Below, one piece after another: positions 25,586 through 34,698 of a stretch of DNA of 39,999 bases. Below the pieces are notes generated by a model. The model was not told the DNA's origin and did not search any database. It was given only the letters and a program-made list of their open reading frames with translations. Numbering within the stretch: the first letter of the stretch is position 1; each line of letters opens with the position of its first letter. Origin of the DNA: Spirochaetales bacterium (GTDB lineage Bacteria; Spirochaetota; Spirochaetia; DSM-27196; PWMO01). The position numbers were made by a program, and so were the translations under genes. The stretch is taken from assembly GCA_007123465.1 (NCBI GenBank), contig SKLB01000228.1, positions 1 to 39,999 on the forward strand. The letters are read 5' to 3'.

Positions 25586-27943
25586 ATGTCGAGTCCACAC
25601 GCAATCATTCCGGCTGACCAGATTCTGCCGGCCAAGCTTCTTGTTATCCCGTTATCGGGTAAGCCGATCTTTCCCGGGATCTTTACCCCCATGATGATCA
25701 CTTCACAGGAGGATATTGCGGTAATCGAGCAGTCGCTGGCAGGCGACAGCATGATCGGGCTTACCCTGTTGCGCGATGAAGATACACAAGAGCCTACCGG
25801 CGACGACCTGCATCAGGTGGGAACGGTGGCCAAGATCATGAAAAAAATCAACCTGCCCGACGGTGGTCTCAACATATTTGTCTCAACGCTGAAGCGCTTC
25901 CGCATCAAGAAAGTGCTGAACCGCAGCGGGCCGATTGCCGTAGCCGTTGAATATCTCGAAGACAACTACGATTCGGCAACCGGAGATGAAATCAAGGCGC
26001 TGACGCGCTCGCTGATTGGCGAGATGAAGCAGGTCTCCGAAAACAACCCGCTGTTTTCCGAGGAGATGCGGCTGAATATGGTCAACATTGACCACCCGGG
26101 GAAGATTGCAGACTTCTCCTGCTCAATTCTCAACATCGATCGTGAGGACCAGCAGCGGATTCTGGAAACCTCCGATGTCAAGAGCCGAATGGAGCAGGTG
26201 CTGATCCACATCAAGCGCGAACAGGAACTCTTGCGCCTGCAGAAGAAGATCCAGCAACAGATCAACGAGAAGATCGAGAAAAGCCAGCGCGAATACTTTC
26301 TCAAAGAGGAGCTCAAGGCCATCAAGCAGGAACTCGGCATGCCGGTGGACGCAAAGAGTTCTGAGCACCAGCGCTTCCGGGACGAAATCGAAAAGCTGCA
26401 GCTCTCAGCCGAAGTGCGCGAACAGGTCGAGCAGGAACTCGAGAAGTTTTCTTTGACCGAGCCGAGCTCGCCGGAGTTCCAGGTAACACGCAACTACCTC
26501 GACACCATCATCAATCTACCCTGGAACGATCCCAAACCCGAACAGATCGACATCCGACGCGCCGAACGCATACTGAACGCCGACCACTACGGGCTCGAGG
26601 ACGTCAAGGAGCGCATACTCGAGTTCCTGTCGGTGCGCAAGCTGAAACAGGACGCCAAAGGGTCGATAGTCTGCCTGGTTGGACCTCCCGGAGTTGGTAA
26701 GACATCGGTGGGTAAGTCGATTGCCAGGGCGCTCGGCAAGCAGTTCTTCCGATTCTCGGTTGGCGGTATGCGCGACGAAGCCGAAATCAAGGGACACCGA
26801 CGCACCTACGTCGGCGCAATGCCCGGCAAGATCATTCAGGGCCTGAAGGCGGTCAAAACCAACGATCCGGTGTTCATGATCGATGAAATCGACAAGCTCG
26901 GGGCATCGTTCCAGGGAGACCCATCATCGGCGCTGCTCGAAGTGCTCGATCCCGAGCAGAACGTGGCGTTCCGCGATCACTACCTGGACCTGCCGTTTGA
27001 TATCTCCAACATCTTCTTCATCACCACCGCCAACACGCTCGACAGTATCCCGGCGCCGCTGCGTGACCGCATGGAGATCATCCGCCTGTCGGGTTATATC
27101 GATGACGAAAAAGTTGCCATCGCACGCAAGTATCTGCTTCCAAAATCGCTGCAGCGCGCCGGCCTCGGCAAACGCGATGTCAAGTACAGCAAGAAGTGTC
27201 TGCTTCAGATTGCCAACGGTTACGCCCGCGAAGCCGGCGTCCGTAACCTCGAAAAGGCCCTGGACCGCATCCACCGCAAACTTGCCCACCGCGTGGTACT
27301 GGAGCAGGAGCAGCAGCCGTTTACTATCGAGGTCGAGCAACTCGATGACCTGCTGGGCAAGCGCATCTTCAAAGATGACCTGGAGCGGCGCAGCACGGTT
27401 GCCGGAACCGCCACCGGCCTGGCGTGGACTCCGCACGGCGGTGACGTGCTGGTGATCGAAGCGGTCAGCAATCCGGGCAAAGAAGGCTTTCACATAACCG
27501 GCCAGATGGGCGACGTAATGCAGGAGTCGGCGCGCATCGCCTACACCTGGGTCCGCCATATAGCCGAACGCTTCAAGGTGCCGGCAGAATACTTTGAGCA
27601 GCGCCAGATCCATCTGCACATCCCCGCCGGCGCTACACCCAAGGACGGACCATCTGCCGGCATCACTATGGCGGCCAGCCTGTTGTCACTGGCAACCGAC
27701 AAACGTGTACGCACCCGCCTGGCGATGACCGGTGAGCTTTCATTGGTGGGCACGGTTCTGCCGGTTGGCGGACTCAAGGAAAAGACCATCGCCGCACGCC
27801 GTTACAAGATCAAAGAGCTCATTATCCCCAAAGAGAATGAGCGCGATCTTGAAGACATTCCGCAGCACATTAAACGCGGCATAACGTTCCACGCGGTGCG
27901 TACCATGGACGAGGTCGTTGAAAAAATCTTTCAAACCCGGTAA
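25586..27943 (+). CDS. lon: Endopeptidase La (Lon)
   Basis: LON N-domain, GPPGVGKTS, DEIDK and PKDGPSAG catalytic Ser; SD AAGGTGA. Confidence 0.98.
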   Translation: MSSPHAIIPADQILPAKLLVIPLSGKPIFPGIFTPMMITSQEDIAVIEQSLAGDSMIGLTLLRDEDTQEPTGDDLHQVGTVAKIMKKINLPDGGLNIFVSTLKRFRIKKVLNRSGPIAVAVEYLEDNYDSATGDEIKALTRSLIGEMKQVSENNPLFSEEMRLNMVNIDHPGKIADFSCSILNIDREDQQRILETSDVKSRMEQVLIHIKREQELLRLQKKIQQQINEKIEKSQREYFLKEELKAIKQELGMPVDAKSSEHQRFRDEIEKLQLSAEVREQVEQELEKFSLTEPSSPEFQVTRNYLDTIINLPWNDPKPEQIDIRRAERILNADHYGLEDVKERILEFLSVRKLKQDAKGSIVCLVGPPGVGKTSVGKSIARALGKQFFRFSVGGMRDEAEIKGHRRTYVGAMPGKIIQGLKAVKTNDPVFMIDEIDKLGASFQGDPSSALLEVLDPEQNVAFRDHYLDLPFDISNIFFITTANTLDSIPAPLRDRMEIIRLSGYIDDEKVAIARKYLLPKSLQRAGLGKRDVKYSKKCLLQIANGYAREAGVRNLEKALDRIHRKLAHRVVLEQEQQPFTIEVEQLDDLLGKRIFKDDLERRSTVAGTATGLAWTPHGGDVLVIEAVSNPGKEGFHITGQMGDVMQESARIAYTWVRHIAERFKVPAEYFEQRQIHLHIPAGATPKDGPSAGITMAASLLSLATDKRVRTRLAMTGELSLVGTVLPVGGLKEKTIAARRYKIKELIIPKENERDLEDIPQHIKRGITFHAVRTMDEVVEKIFQTR

Positions 27944-27953
27944 GAGTTCCCGT

Positions 27954-28847
27954 ATGAGCGATGTTCGATCAGCTCCGTTTCCTGGTACGACGCACCGTGG
28001 GGCCGGAAGGCCGTTCAAGACAGTGTCTGCTGCTGCTGCAGCCGTACTGCTACTCGCCGGATGCAACGCTGCGCGCGACGTCAATGCAGAACGGCCCGCG
28101 CCAAGCGCAGACGAACCTGTGCTCCACTCGGCATTCAGCCTGACCGAGGAGCAGTTGCTGCAGATGGTGGAATCACAGCCTGATCCGCTGCCGGCGCGCG
28201 TTGCCGAGCACCCGCAACGCTTCCTGGAACTGGCTGATTCGGTCCTCGATCTGGAGCACGATTTCATACTGCTGGTCGATAAACAGCACCCGTTGCCGCC
28301 GGACTATCAGCCCGCTGACCTGGTGTCGTTGAGCGACTACGGCGGTCGCATCGGCTACGCGGCAGCTGACCGAACGGTACGCGAGGCAATTGTGGACGAT
28401 CTGCTGGCGATGGCCGAAGAGGCCCGCGAAGACGGCGTGCACCTGCTGGTTCAGTCGGCCTATCGCTCCTGGAACTATCAGCAGACCCTCTTCAACAACT
28501 ACGTGGCGCGGCACGGCGAAGAAGCCGCCGAGCGTTTCTCGGCCCGGCCGGGGCACTCGCAGCACCAGCTGGGCAGCGCGGTTGACTTTGCGCCGATTGG
28601 CCACCAGTTCAGCGGCACGGAGGATGACCTCTGGCTGCGCGAGAACGCCTGGCGCTTTGGTTTCTCGCTTTCCTATCCGGACGGCTTGGAAGCGATCACC
28701 GGCTACATCTATGAGCCGTGGCACTACCGCTGGATCGGCCGTGATGCCACACAACTCGAACGCGAGTTCTTCGGCGGGATCCAGCAGCATATGCTCGAGT
28801 TCCTGCACACCCACGCAGACACCCTGCGCGCCGCACGGGCCCAATAG
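27954..28847 (+). CDS. M15B (VanY-like) D-Ala-D-Ala carboxypeptidase lipoprotein
   Basis: LLLAGC lipobox; SAYRS, SARPGHSQHQLG.AVD and EPWH motifs. Confidence 0.92.
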   Translation: MSDVRSAPFPGTTHRGAGRPFKTVSAAAAAVLLLAGCNAARDVNAERPAPSADEPVLHSAFSLTEEQLLQMVESQPDPLPARVAEHPQRFLELADSVLDLEHDFILLVDKQHPLPPDYQPADLVSLSDYGGRIGYAAADRTVREAIVDDLLAMAEEAREDGVHLLVQSAYRSWNYQQTLFNNYVARHGEEAAERFSARPGHSQHQLGSAVDFAPIGHQFSGTEDDLWLRENAWRFGFSLSYPDGLEAITGYIYEPWHYRWIGRDATQLEREFFGGIQQHMLEFLHTHADTLRAARAQ

Positions 28848-28857
28848 CGCGCCGGCT

Positions 28858-30096
28858 ATGGAACTGCTGTCACCCGCCGGCAATAGCGAGAAACTGCGTT
28901 GGGCCTACCTCTGGGGCGCTGATGCCGCCTATATCGGGCTACACGGGTTCTCACTGCGTTCGCGCGCCGACAACTTTGGCCTGCAGGAGTTCGCCGGGCT
29001 CAAGCGGATCAAGGCCGGGAGGCGGCTCTACTGCGCACTGAACATCTATTTCTTTGACCACGATATCACCGCGCTCGAGCGTGCGCTGGACCAGGTGGAC
29101 CACGGTATCTTTGACGCGTTTATTGTAAGTGACCTCGGCATCCTTCCCACGCTGCGGCGCCGCTTCCCGGATACCGAACTGCACCTGTCAACCCAGGCCA
29201 ACTGCATCAACAGCGACGCTGCGCGCTTCTATCGCGACCTGGGTTTCTCGCGTGTGGTACCCGGGCGGGAGCTGTCGCTGGCGCAGATTGCCGCAATCAA
29301 GAACACGGTTCCGGATCTGCAGCTGGAGGTGTTTGCGCACGGAGCGATGTGTCTGGCCTACTCGGGGCGCTGCTTTCTGAGCCGCTGGATGAGTGACCGG
29401 TCTGCCAACCAGGGAGACTGCGCGCACTCGTGCCGCTGGAACTACCGGCTCGGTGTCGATCCGCTGGTCCTGGAAGAACAGCAGCGTCCCGGTGAGTATT
29501 ATCCGATTATCGAAGCCGACAACTTCACCGAGATTCTCTCCTCGCGAGACCTCTGCATGATCGACCACCTGGCTCAGCTGCGCGATGCCGGTGTCGACAG
29601 CCTCAAGATCGAAGGGCGCATGAAGTCGGTCTACTATACAGCGGTAGTCACTCGCGCCTATCGCGCGGCGCTCGATGCGTTTTCCGCACCCGATCCCCGC
29701 GCACTTGAGTTCAGTGCGGAACTCGATGAAGTCAGCCATCGAGAATACACCACCGGCTTCTACTTTGACCGCGAGGCAATCGAGCGCCCGGCCGCCCGCG
29801 GTTATCGCCGCGGCTACCTGTTTCTCGGAGCGGTTGAGGAGAGAGTTGGGGTGCGGCGCTACCGCATCTCGGTCAAGAATGCGTTCTCCATCGGACAGGA
29901 AATAGAGTTTCTCGGTCCACGCAGCACAACACTGAGCGACAGAGCGTTTGTGCTGCTGGACGCCGAGCACAACCCGGTCAAACAGGCAATTCACCAAGGA
30001 ACCTGGTACCTCGAAACCGACTGCGCCGTTGACGCGGGCTACCTGATCCGTACCCGACTGCCTAACGCAGGGTCCGCACCCGGGCCAGCGTTGTAG
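28858..30096 (+). CDS. U32 family protein (TrhP-like tRNA hydroxylation)
   Basis: MELLSPAG, GADAAY, HLSTQAN, HGAMCLAYSGRC...CAHSCR Fe-S motif and KIEGR. Confidence 0.92.
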   Translation: MELLSPAGNSEKLRWAYLWGADAAYIGLHGFSLRSRADNFGLQEFAGLKRIKAGRRLYCALNIYFFDHDITALERALDQVDHGIFDAFIVSDLGILPTLRRRFPDTELHLSTQANCINSDAARFYRDLGFSRVVPGRELSLAQIAAIKNTVPDLQLEVFAHGAMCLAYSGRCFLSRWMSDRSANQGDCAHSCRWNYRLGVDPLVLEEQQRPGEYYPIIEADNFTEILSSRDLCMIDHLAQLRDAGVDSLKIEGRMKSVYYTAVVTRAYRAALDAFSAPDPRALEFSAELDEVSHREYTTGFYFDREAIERPAARGYRRGYLFLGAVEERVGVRRYRISVKNAFSIGQEIEFLGPRSTTLSDRAFVLLDAEHNPVKQAIHQGTWYLETDCAVDAGYLIRTRLPNAGSAPGPAL

Positions 30097-31030
30097 CGGC
30101 CAGTTCCTCAAGCGGCGCCAGCCGACGCGTCAGATAGCCGGCTATCACTTCGGCTTCCATCACACTATCCAGCGCCGAAACGAGTTCGGCGCGCAACATC
30201 TCGCAATCAGCGCCCAGGCGATTGAGCCGCTGTTGCAGCGGAGCATCTGCCAGAAACTCCGCCCGGTTACCGGCGTGCCGCGCTGCAGCGTGCAGGCCGG
30301 CGGTGGCCTTACGCAGTGTACGCCATGACTCTTCGGTGAACCGATCGAGCCGTTCCGCGCTCTCAGCCACCGGACAAACCAGCGCAGCGAGCCCACAGTT
30401 ATCACCCGCACTGAGATCAAACGCCCGCGCAATACTCGCCTCGATCGGTTGGAACTCATCGGATGCCGGCGCGGAATCCGGCGCCGGCGGCTGCAGCAGC
30501 GGCTCGATCCCGCGCGAGCGCAGTAGTTGCTGCAGCGGCTGCACGAAGCGCCGACGGTAGGCGTCCTGCAGCTTCTGATCGCCGCAACTGCCAACCGCGC
30601 CCAGTGCAATACGCGCAACATCTCCTGTCACTGCCAGCAGATCTTCGACCACGCGTTCGGCCATTCGCAGCGCCGCAGCCAGAGAAACGTCCATCTCACG
30701 CCAATCGCTTGAAATACGCGCCAGACGGGCAAAGTTTTCAACCCGGTCCAGCACGCGCGGCAGACCGTGGCGCGCCAGGTGAGGCACAAGCGTAACGTTG
30801 GATCGTGCCGCAACCGAGCAGATGCCTTCGATCTCCTTTTCGCTGAACGATCCAGGTCCTGCCAGTCTGGCATCGATGTTCCAGGGAAAACTCTCCTCCC
30901 AGTCAACCACCAGCTCCTGTACCCCTGCGTCAGACAGCAGCGGCAGCAGCCGACACAGGTGGTCGGCTCTGGGTGGAATGCCGCGGAAACTGAGTTCAAG
31001 CGTGCCTGCCTCTCCGATTGTTGACCGCAT
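30062..31030 (-). CDS. Degenerate GH20 (hexosaminidase-D-like) protein
   Basis: N-terminus matches GH20/HEXD patterns (FRGIPPR..HLCRLLPLL..AG...LVVDWEESFPW...FSEKEI...LVP). The catalytic HxGxDE aligns to ALGAVG. Confidence 0.65.
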   Translation of the reverse strand: MRSTIGEAGTLELSFRGIPPRADHLCRLLPLLSDAGVQELVVDWEESFPWNIDARLAGPGSFSEKEIEGICSVAARSNVTLVPHLARHGLPRVLDRVENFARLARISSDWREMDVSLAAALRMAERVVEDLLAVTGDVARIALGAVGSCGDQKLQDAYRRRFVQPLQQLLRSRGIEPLLQPPAPDSAPASDEFQPIEASIARAFDLSAGDNCGLAALVCPVAESAERLDRFTEESWRTLRKATAGLHAAARHAGNRAEFLADAPLQQRLNRLGADCEMLRAELVSALDSVMEAEVIAGYLTRRLAPLEELAATTLARVRTLR

Positions 31031-31058
31031 GTTGCTGCAACTCTACCCGGCAGCAACA
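31030..31058. repeat. 9-11-9 inverted repeat bracketing a -10 element
   Basis: TGTTGCTGC-N11-GCAGCAACA. Confidence 0.6.
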
Positions 31059-31098
31059 CTGCGCGCAAGGGTTTAGCCGCTAATCGCACGCTCCAACC

Positions 31099-31127
31099 TT
31101 GCGTTTTTGACACACTCCGGCTATCTT
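31099..31127 (+). promoter_or_regulatory. sigma70-type promoter, probably leaderless DUF1015 transcript
   Basis: TTGCGT-17-TATCTT, then 6 nt to ATG 31134. Confidence 0.55.
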
Positions 31128-31133
31128 TTCGGT

Positions 31134-32468
31134 ATGCAGAGCTTTCAAGAATCGTTTGCAGAGATAGGATTGGCGGTTCCAGATATCTGGTTGCCAGCTG
31201 AAGGGACCGATCTGGAACGCTGGGCGGTCATCGCGTGCGATCAGCACACATCGGATCCTGGTTACTGGGAGCAGGTAGAGAAAAAGGTGGGCAATGCACC
31301 GTCCACGCTGGCGCTGATTTTTCCCGAAGTCTACCTCAACGCGCCCGATGCTGGCGCCCGTATGCACAACGTAGCACAAGCCATGCAGCGTTACGTTGAC
31401 CAGGGAGTGCTGCAGAGCAGCGGGCCTATGGCGGTGCTGGTGGACCGCCAGACTCCGCAGGTTGCCCACCGCACGGGGCTGGTGCTGGCCGTTGACCTGG
31501 AACACTACGACTACCGGCCCGATTCCACGTCGCTGATCCGTGCCAGCGAAGGAACCATTCTGGAGCGCCTGCCTCCGCGCGTCAAGATTCGCAGACAGGC
31601 CAGTTTCGAATTCCCGCACGTGCTTATCCTCATCGACGATCCCGAGAGAACCGTGATCGAACCGTTGTGCCGTGACCGCGATTCGTTTGAGCGGCTCTAC
31701 GATACCAGGTTGATGCTCGGCGGCGGCTCGGTGCGCGGCTACGCGGTACGCGAACCGCAGCATTTACAGCGTATCGCCCATGCCCTGCACAAACTTCGCG
31801 ATCCGGCACGATTGAAGGCGCGCTATGATCGCGACGATGCGATGCTGTTTGCCGTTGGCGACGGCAACCACTCGCTGGCAACCGCCAAGCAGGTCTGGGA
31901 AGAGAAGAAGTCCGCCGGCAGCCCCCTGGCCGACGACCCGGCACGCTACGCGCTGGTCGAAATCATCAACATGCACGATCCCGGCCTGCACGTCGAACCG
32001 ATTCACCGCGTAGTCGATGGCATTGACGCCCAGATGCTGGCTGATACGCTACGCTCGGCAATTAAATCCGGCAAGGAACCGGAGCTGATGACGCCCGGGC
32101 AGGCGGTTGAGCGCGTGCTGCAGACATCCCAGCCGCCGCGCAGTTTTGCGCTGCTGGACGGTGAGCGAGCGCTGTGCTACACCCTGCCCGATGGCTCAGC
32201 ACTGTCCCCCGCGGTGCTGGTGCAGCAAACACTCGAGAGCTTCGAGCAGACCGGCAGCGCCAACGTCGAGATCGACTATATTCACGGTACCGAGGCGATT
32301 ATGGAGCTCAGTCGCCGTGAGGGTTCGCTTGGATTGCTGGTGCCACCGATTGAGGCCGAGTCGCTGTTTCAATACGTTGCCAACAACGGTCCGTTACCGC
32401 GCAAGATTTTTTCGCTGGGAGAGGCGGAAGAAAAGCGCTACTACTTTGAGTCACGGCGAATCGTCTGA
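31134..32468 (+). CDS. DUF1015 family protein
   Basis: WAVIACDQ, DLEHYDY, ERLPPRVKIR, FAVGDGNHSLATAK and LPRKIFS motifs. Confidence 0.88.
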   Translation: MQSFQESFAEIGLAVPDIWLPAEGTDLERWAVIACDQHTSDPGYWEQVEKKVGNAPSTLALIFPEVYLNAPDAGARMHNVAQAMQRYVDQGVLQSSGPMAVLVDRQTPQVAHRTGLVLAVDLEHYDYRPDSTSLIRASEGTILERLPPRVKIRRQASFEFPHVLILIDDPERTVIEPLCRDRDSFERLYDTRLMLGGGSVRGYAVREPQHLQRIAHALHKLRDPARLKARYDRDDAMLFAVGDGNHSLATAKQVWEEKKSAGSPLADDPARYALVEIINMHDPGLHVEPIHRVVDGIDAQMLADTLRSAIKSGKEPELMTPGQAVERVLQTSQPPRSFALLDGERALCYTLPDGSALSPAVLVQQTLESFEQTGSANVEIDYIHGTEAIMELSRREGSLGLLVPPIEAESLFQYVANNGPLPRKIFSLGEAEEKRYYFESRRIV

Positions 32469-32869
32469 AGCAGGAAGAACGCCAGCAGCGCTGAGCTGAG
32501 CGCCAGCGCCCGAAACAGGTTTCGATCCGCACTCCAGCGCTCGGGTTGCGCCAGTTTCTCCCCGGCAGACTCCGCCGGTTCTACGGCGCCGACGCGGCCG
32601 GGAATGCGGATCAAACCCTCGGATTGGCCCACGTAGCCCATTCGTCGCGCTTCGATTCGAATCTGCTGCGGATCCGAACGCAGTCTCCGCGCTGAAGCTG
32701 AGAGCTCATTCTGCAGCTCGGTGAGTTCTTCGATGTGTGATACCAGAGTGTCGCGATACTCCGAGAGCCCCGCGTACGCCAACAGCCCGCGTTCGCCAAA
32801 AAATAGCGTCATCAGGAGATAGATCCAGGCGGCGATCGCCAGCGAGAGTCCAAGATTCTTAACTATCAC
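32441..32869 (-). CDS. FtsB/DivIC septum formation initiator family protein
   Basis: TM helix, FGERG, coiled-coil and EARRMGYV; extra C-terminal hydrophobic helix. Confidence 0.82.
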   Translation of the reverse strand: MIVKNLGLSLAIAAWIYLLMTLFFGERGLLAYAGLSEYRDTLVSHIEELTELQNELSASARRLRSDPQQIRIEARRMGYVGQSEGLIRIPGRVGAVEPAESAGEKLAQPERWSADRNLFRALALSSALLAFFLLQTIRRDSK

Positions 32870-32908
32870 ACTTCTGAGTTACGGAACAAACAGCGACACT
32901 CTTTAATG

Positions 32909-32938
32909 TTGACAACCGAAATTGCGTTGCAGTACAGT
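32909..32938 (+). promoter_or_regulatory. sigma70-type promoter upstream of the acidic-protein operon
   Basis: TTGACA-18-TACAGT. Confidence 0.6.
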
Positions 32939-32948
32939 GAGAAACGTG

Positions 32949-32976
32949 TCAACAGCACTCTGTTCGATGCCGATAA
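32949..32976 (+). promoter_or_regulatory. sigma28 (FliA)-type promoter
   Basis: TCAA-N16-GCCGATAA; the -10 matches the sigma28 consensus exactly. Confidence 0.7.
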
Positions 32977-33015
32977 GAAAATTGATGAACCCCATGTTCC
33001 CGGGAGATAACTGAA

Positions 33016-34695
33016 ATGGAGCTCGAGCAGTACGGAGTCTGGGTCAAAGCGGGGCCTGAAGACGTAGCGGACGACAATGAAGAGATGTTCGCTCTCTCAG
33101 ACGTTGGTGACGACGTCGATCAGGACACGTTCGCTGAGTCGAGCCATCTTACCTCCGAAGAAGAGGATCTGCTGGCATCGCTCGAAGAGGAAGAGCCCGC
33201 TGCAGAGCAGCCCGCCGCTGTGGCAGAGTCCGCTGACGGCGATCAAGATTTTTCCTTTGATCTCGACCAGGACGACGAAACACTGGAAGACAGCCTCTCG
33301 CTGGATGACTTCACACTCGATGATATTGAGCTCGATGACATGTCGATCCCGGCCGAAGAGTCCGCAGCAACCGCTGATCTGGAGGATGACCTGAGCCTCG
33401 AGGACACCGCAGAGGAACTGCCCGAACTCGACATCGAAAGCGATGAAGGATTCGACGACCTCGACGCAGTCACGCGCGAGATGACCGACAACAGCTCCGC
33501 GCCGCCCGCCCCCGACGGCTCTCAACGCCCAGCAGCAGAACCGATCGGCGGGATAGAAAGCGAGCTCGCGTCAATCAAGGCCGAGCTCCAGGCGCTGCGC
33601 GAAGAGCTGGCCGAGATCCGCAGCGGTGCAGGCCCCGCCCCAGCCGACGCAACCGGCCCAACCGGGAGCGCTATCGACAGCAGCGAGGAACCGCAGATAA
33701 GTGCCGGGTTCTTTGAGGAAGACGAAGACGAAACAATCGCGCTCACCGATGATGAGCTCGACAACATCCTGAACACCGCAGAGTTTACCGAGGAACTGGG
33801 CAAACCAAGCGCAGTTGACGATGTCGATGAGGCCGAGCCAGCTACCGAGCCGCTCGAGCAGGCCGACCAGATCAGCCTCGAGCAACTCGATGACGTGGAG
33901 ATGATCGATCTCTCGGATGAATCCGGCGAGGAAGCATCGCAGTGGGAAGATCAGTCGCTGCACGGTGGTGACATTCTCGCGCCATCCAGCTTTGACGAAG
34001 AGATCACTCTGGAAGATGAAGACGACGCCGACCTTCAAGACAGCGAAACCGCTACTGAGCTCTTCGTTGGAACACAAAAGGACGTAGACGCGCTGGCCGA
34101 CATGGACATCGATAGCGAACTCGCGGGCATTGAAGAGCTGCGCGATGACGAAGATGACTATCAAGATGCTGCGCAGGAGACGGGCGCAGCGGAGTTGGAC
34201 TCGCTCGAGATAGACGTACTCGAAGCCGCCCCCGACGAAGACGAGTCTGCAGAATCTGCAGAGGATCTCTCATTAGACAGTCTCGATACGCTTGAAGCAT
34301 CCGGTGAAGAGTTGGAGCTGGCCGAAGCCGCAGATGACGAAGACCAAAGTGGTGGTCTCGAGCTGGATTTGGACGATATCGGCGATGATGCGCCGTTTGA
34401 TCTCAGCGACGAAGACGAGCTGACTCCCTCTTTCCAGGCCGATGACACCGAAGACCTGGACCTGGACATCGATCTGGATGAGGGCCCGCAGCAGCCGGCC
34501 GCTGAGGCACCATCAACAACGGAGTCGTTTCCCTCTGACCTGCGCGAAGAAATCCGCTCGGTGCTGCAGTACATGGACCAGCTGCTCGAGTCGCTGCCGG
34601 AGGAAAAGATCGAAGAGTTTGCGCGTTCAGAGCATTTCGAAGTATACAAGCGGCTCTTTGAGGAACTCGGGCTCGACGCGCCTGGTGCAGAGTAA
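33016..34695 (+). CDS. Very acidic, largely disordered protein with ordered N-terminal motif, central coiled-coil and C-terminal helical domain
   Basis: SD GGGAGA; D/E-dominated composition; ordered islands ELEQYGVWVK, IESELASIKAELQALREEL, GFFEEDEDETIALTDDELDNIL and LREEIRSVLQYMDQLLESLPEEKIEEFA. Confidence 0.9.
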   Translation: MELEQYGVWVKAGPEDVADDNEEMFALSDVGDDVDQDTFAESSHLTSEEEDLLASLEEEEPAAEQPAAVAESADGDQDFSFDLDQDDETLEDSLSLDDFTLDDIELDDMSIPAEESAATADLEDDLSLEDTAEELPELDIESDEGFDDLDAVTREMTDNSSAPPAPDGSQRPAAEPIGGIESELASIKAELQALREELAEIRSGAGPAPADATGPTGSAIDSSEEPQISAGFFEEDEDETIALTDDELDNILNTAEFTEELGKPSAVDDVDEAEPATEPLEQADQISLEQLDDVEMIDLSDESGEEASQWEDQSLHGGDILAPSSFDEEITLEDEDDADLQDSETATELFVGTQKDVDALADMDIDSELAGIEELRDDEDDYQDAAQETGAAELDSLEIDVLEAAPDEDESAESAEDLSLDSLDTLEASGEELELAEAADDEDQSGGLELDLDDIGDDAPFDLSDEDELTPSFQADDTEDLDLDIDLDEGPQQPAAEAPSTTESFPSDLREEIRSVLQYMDQLLESLPEEKIEEFARSEHFEVYKRLFEELGLDAPGAE

Positions 34696-34698
34696 GCC

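Noticed and set aside
27954..28847. Vancomycin resistance gene (vanY)
   Set aside because: M15B carboxypeptidases are common housekeeping enzymes, and no van cluster is present.
28390..28857. Long N-terminal extension of the U32 ORF, suggesting a fusion or overlapping gene
   Set aside because: It is an alternative frame of the VanY-like gene; the U32 family start MELLSPAG is at 28858.
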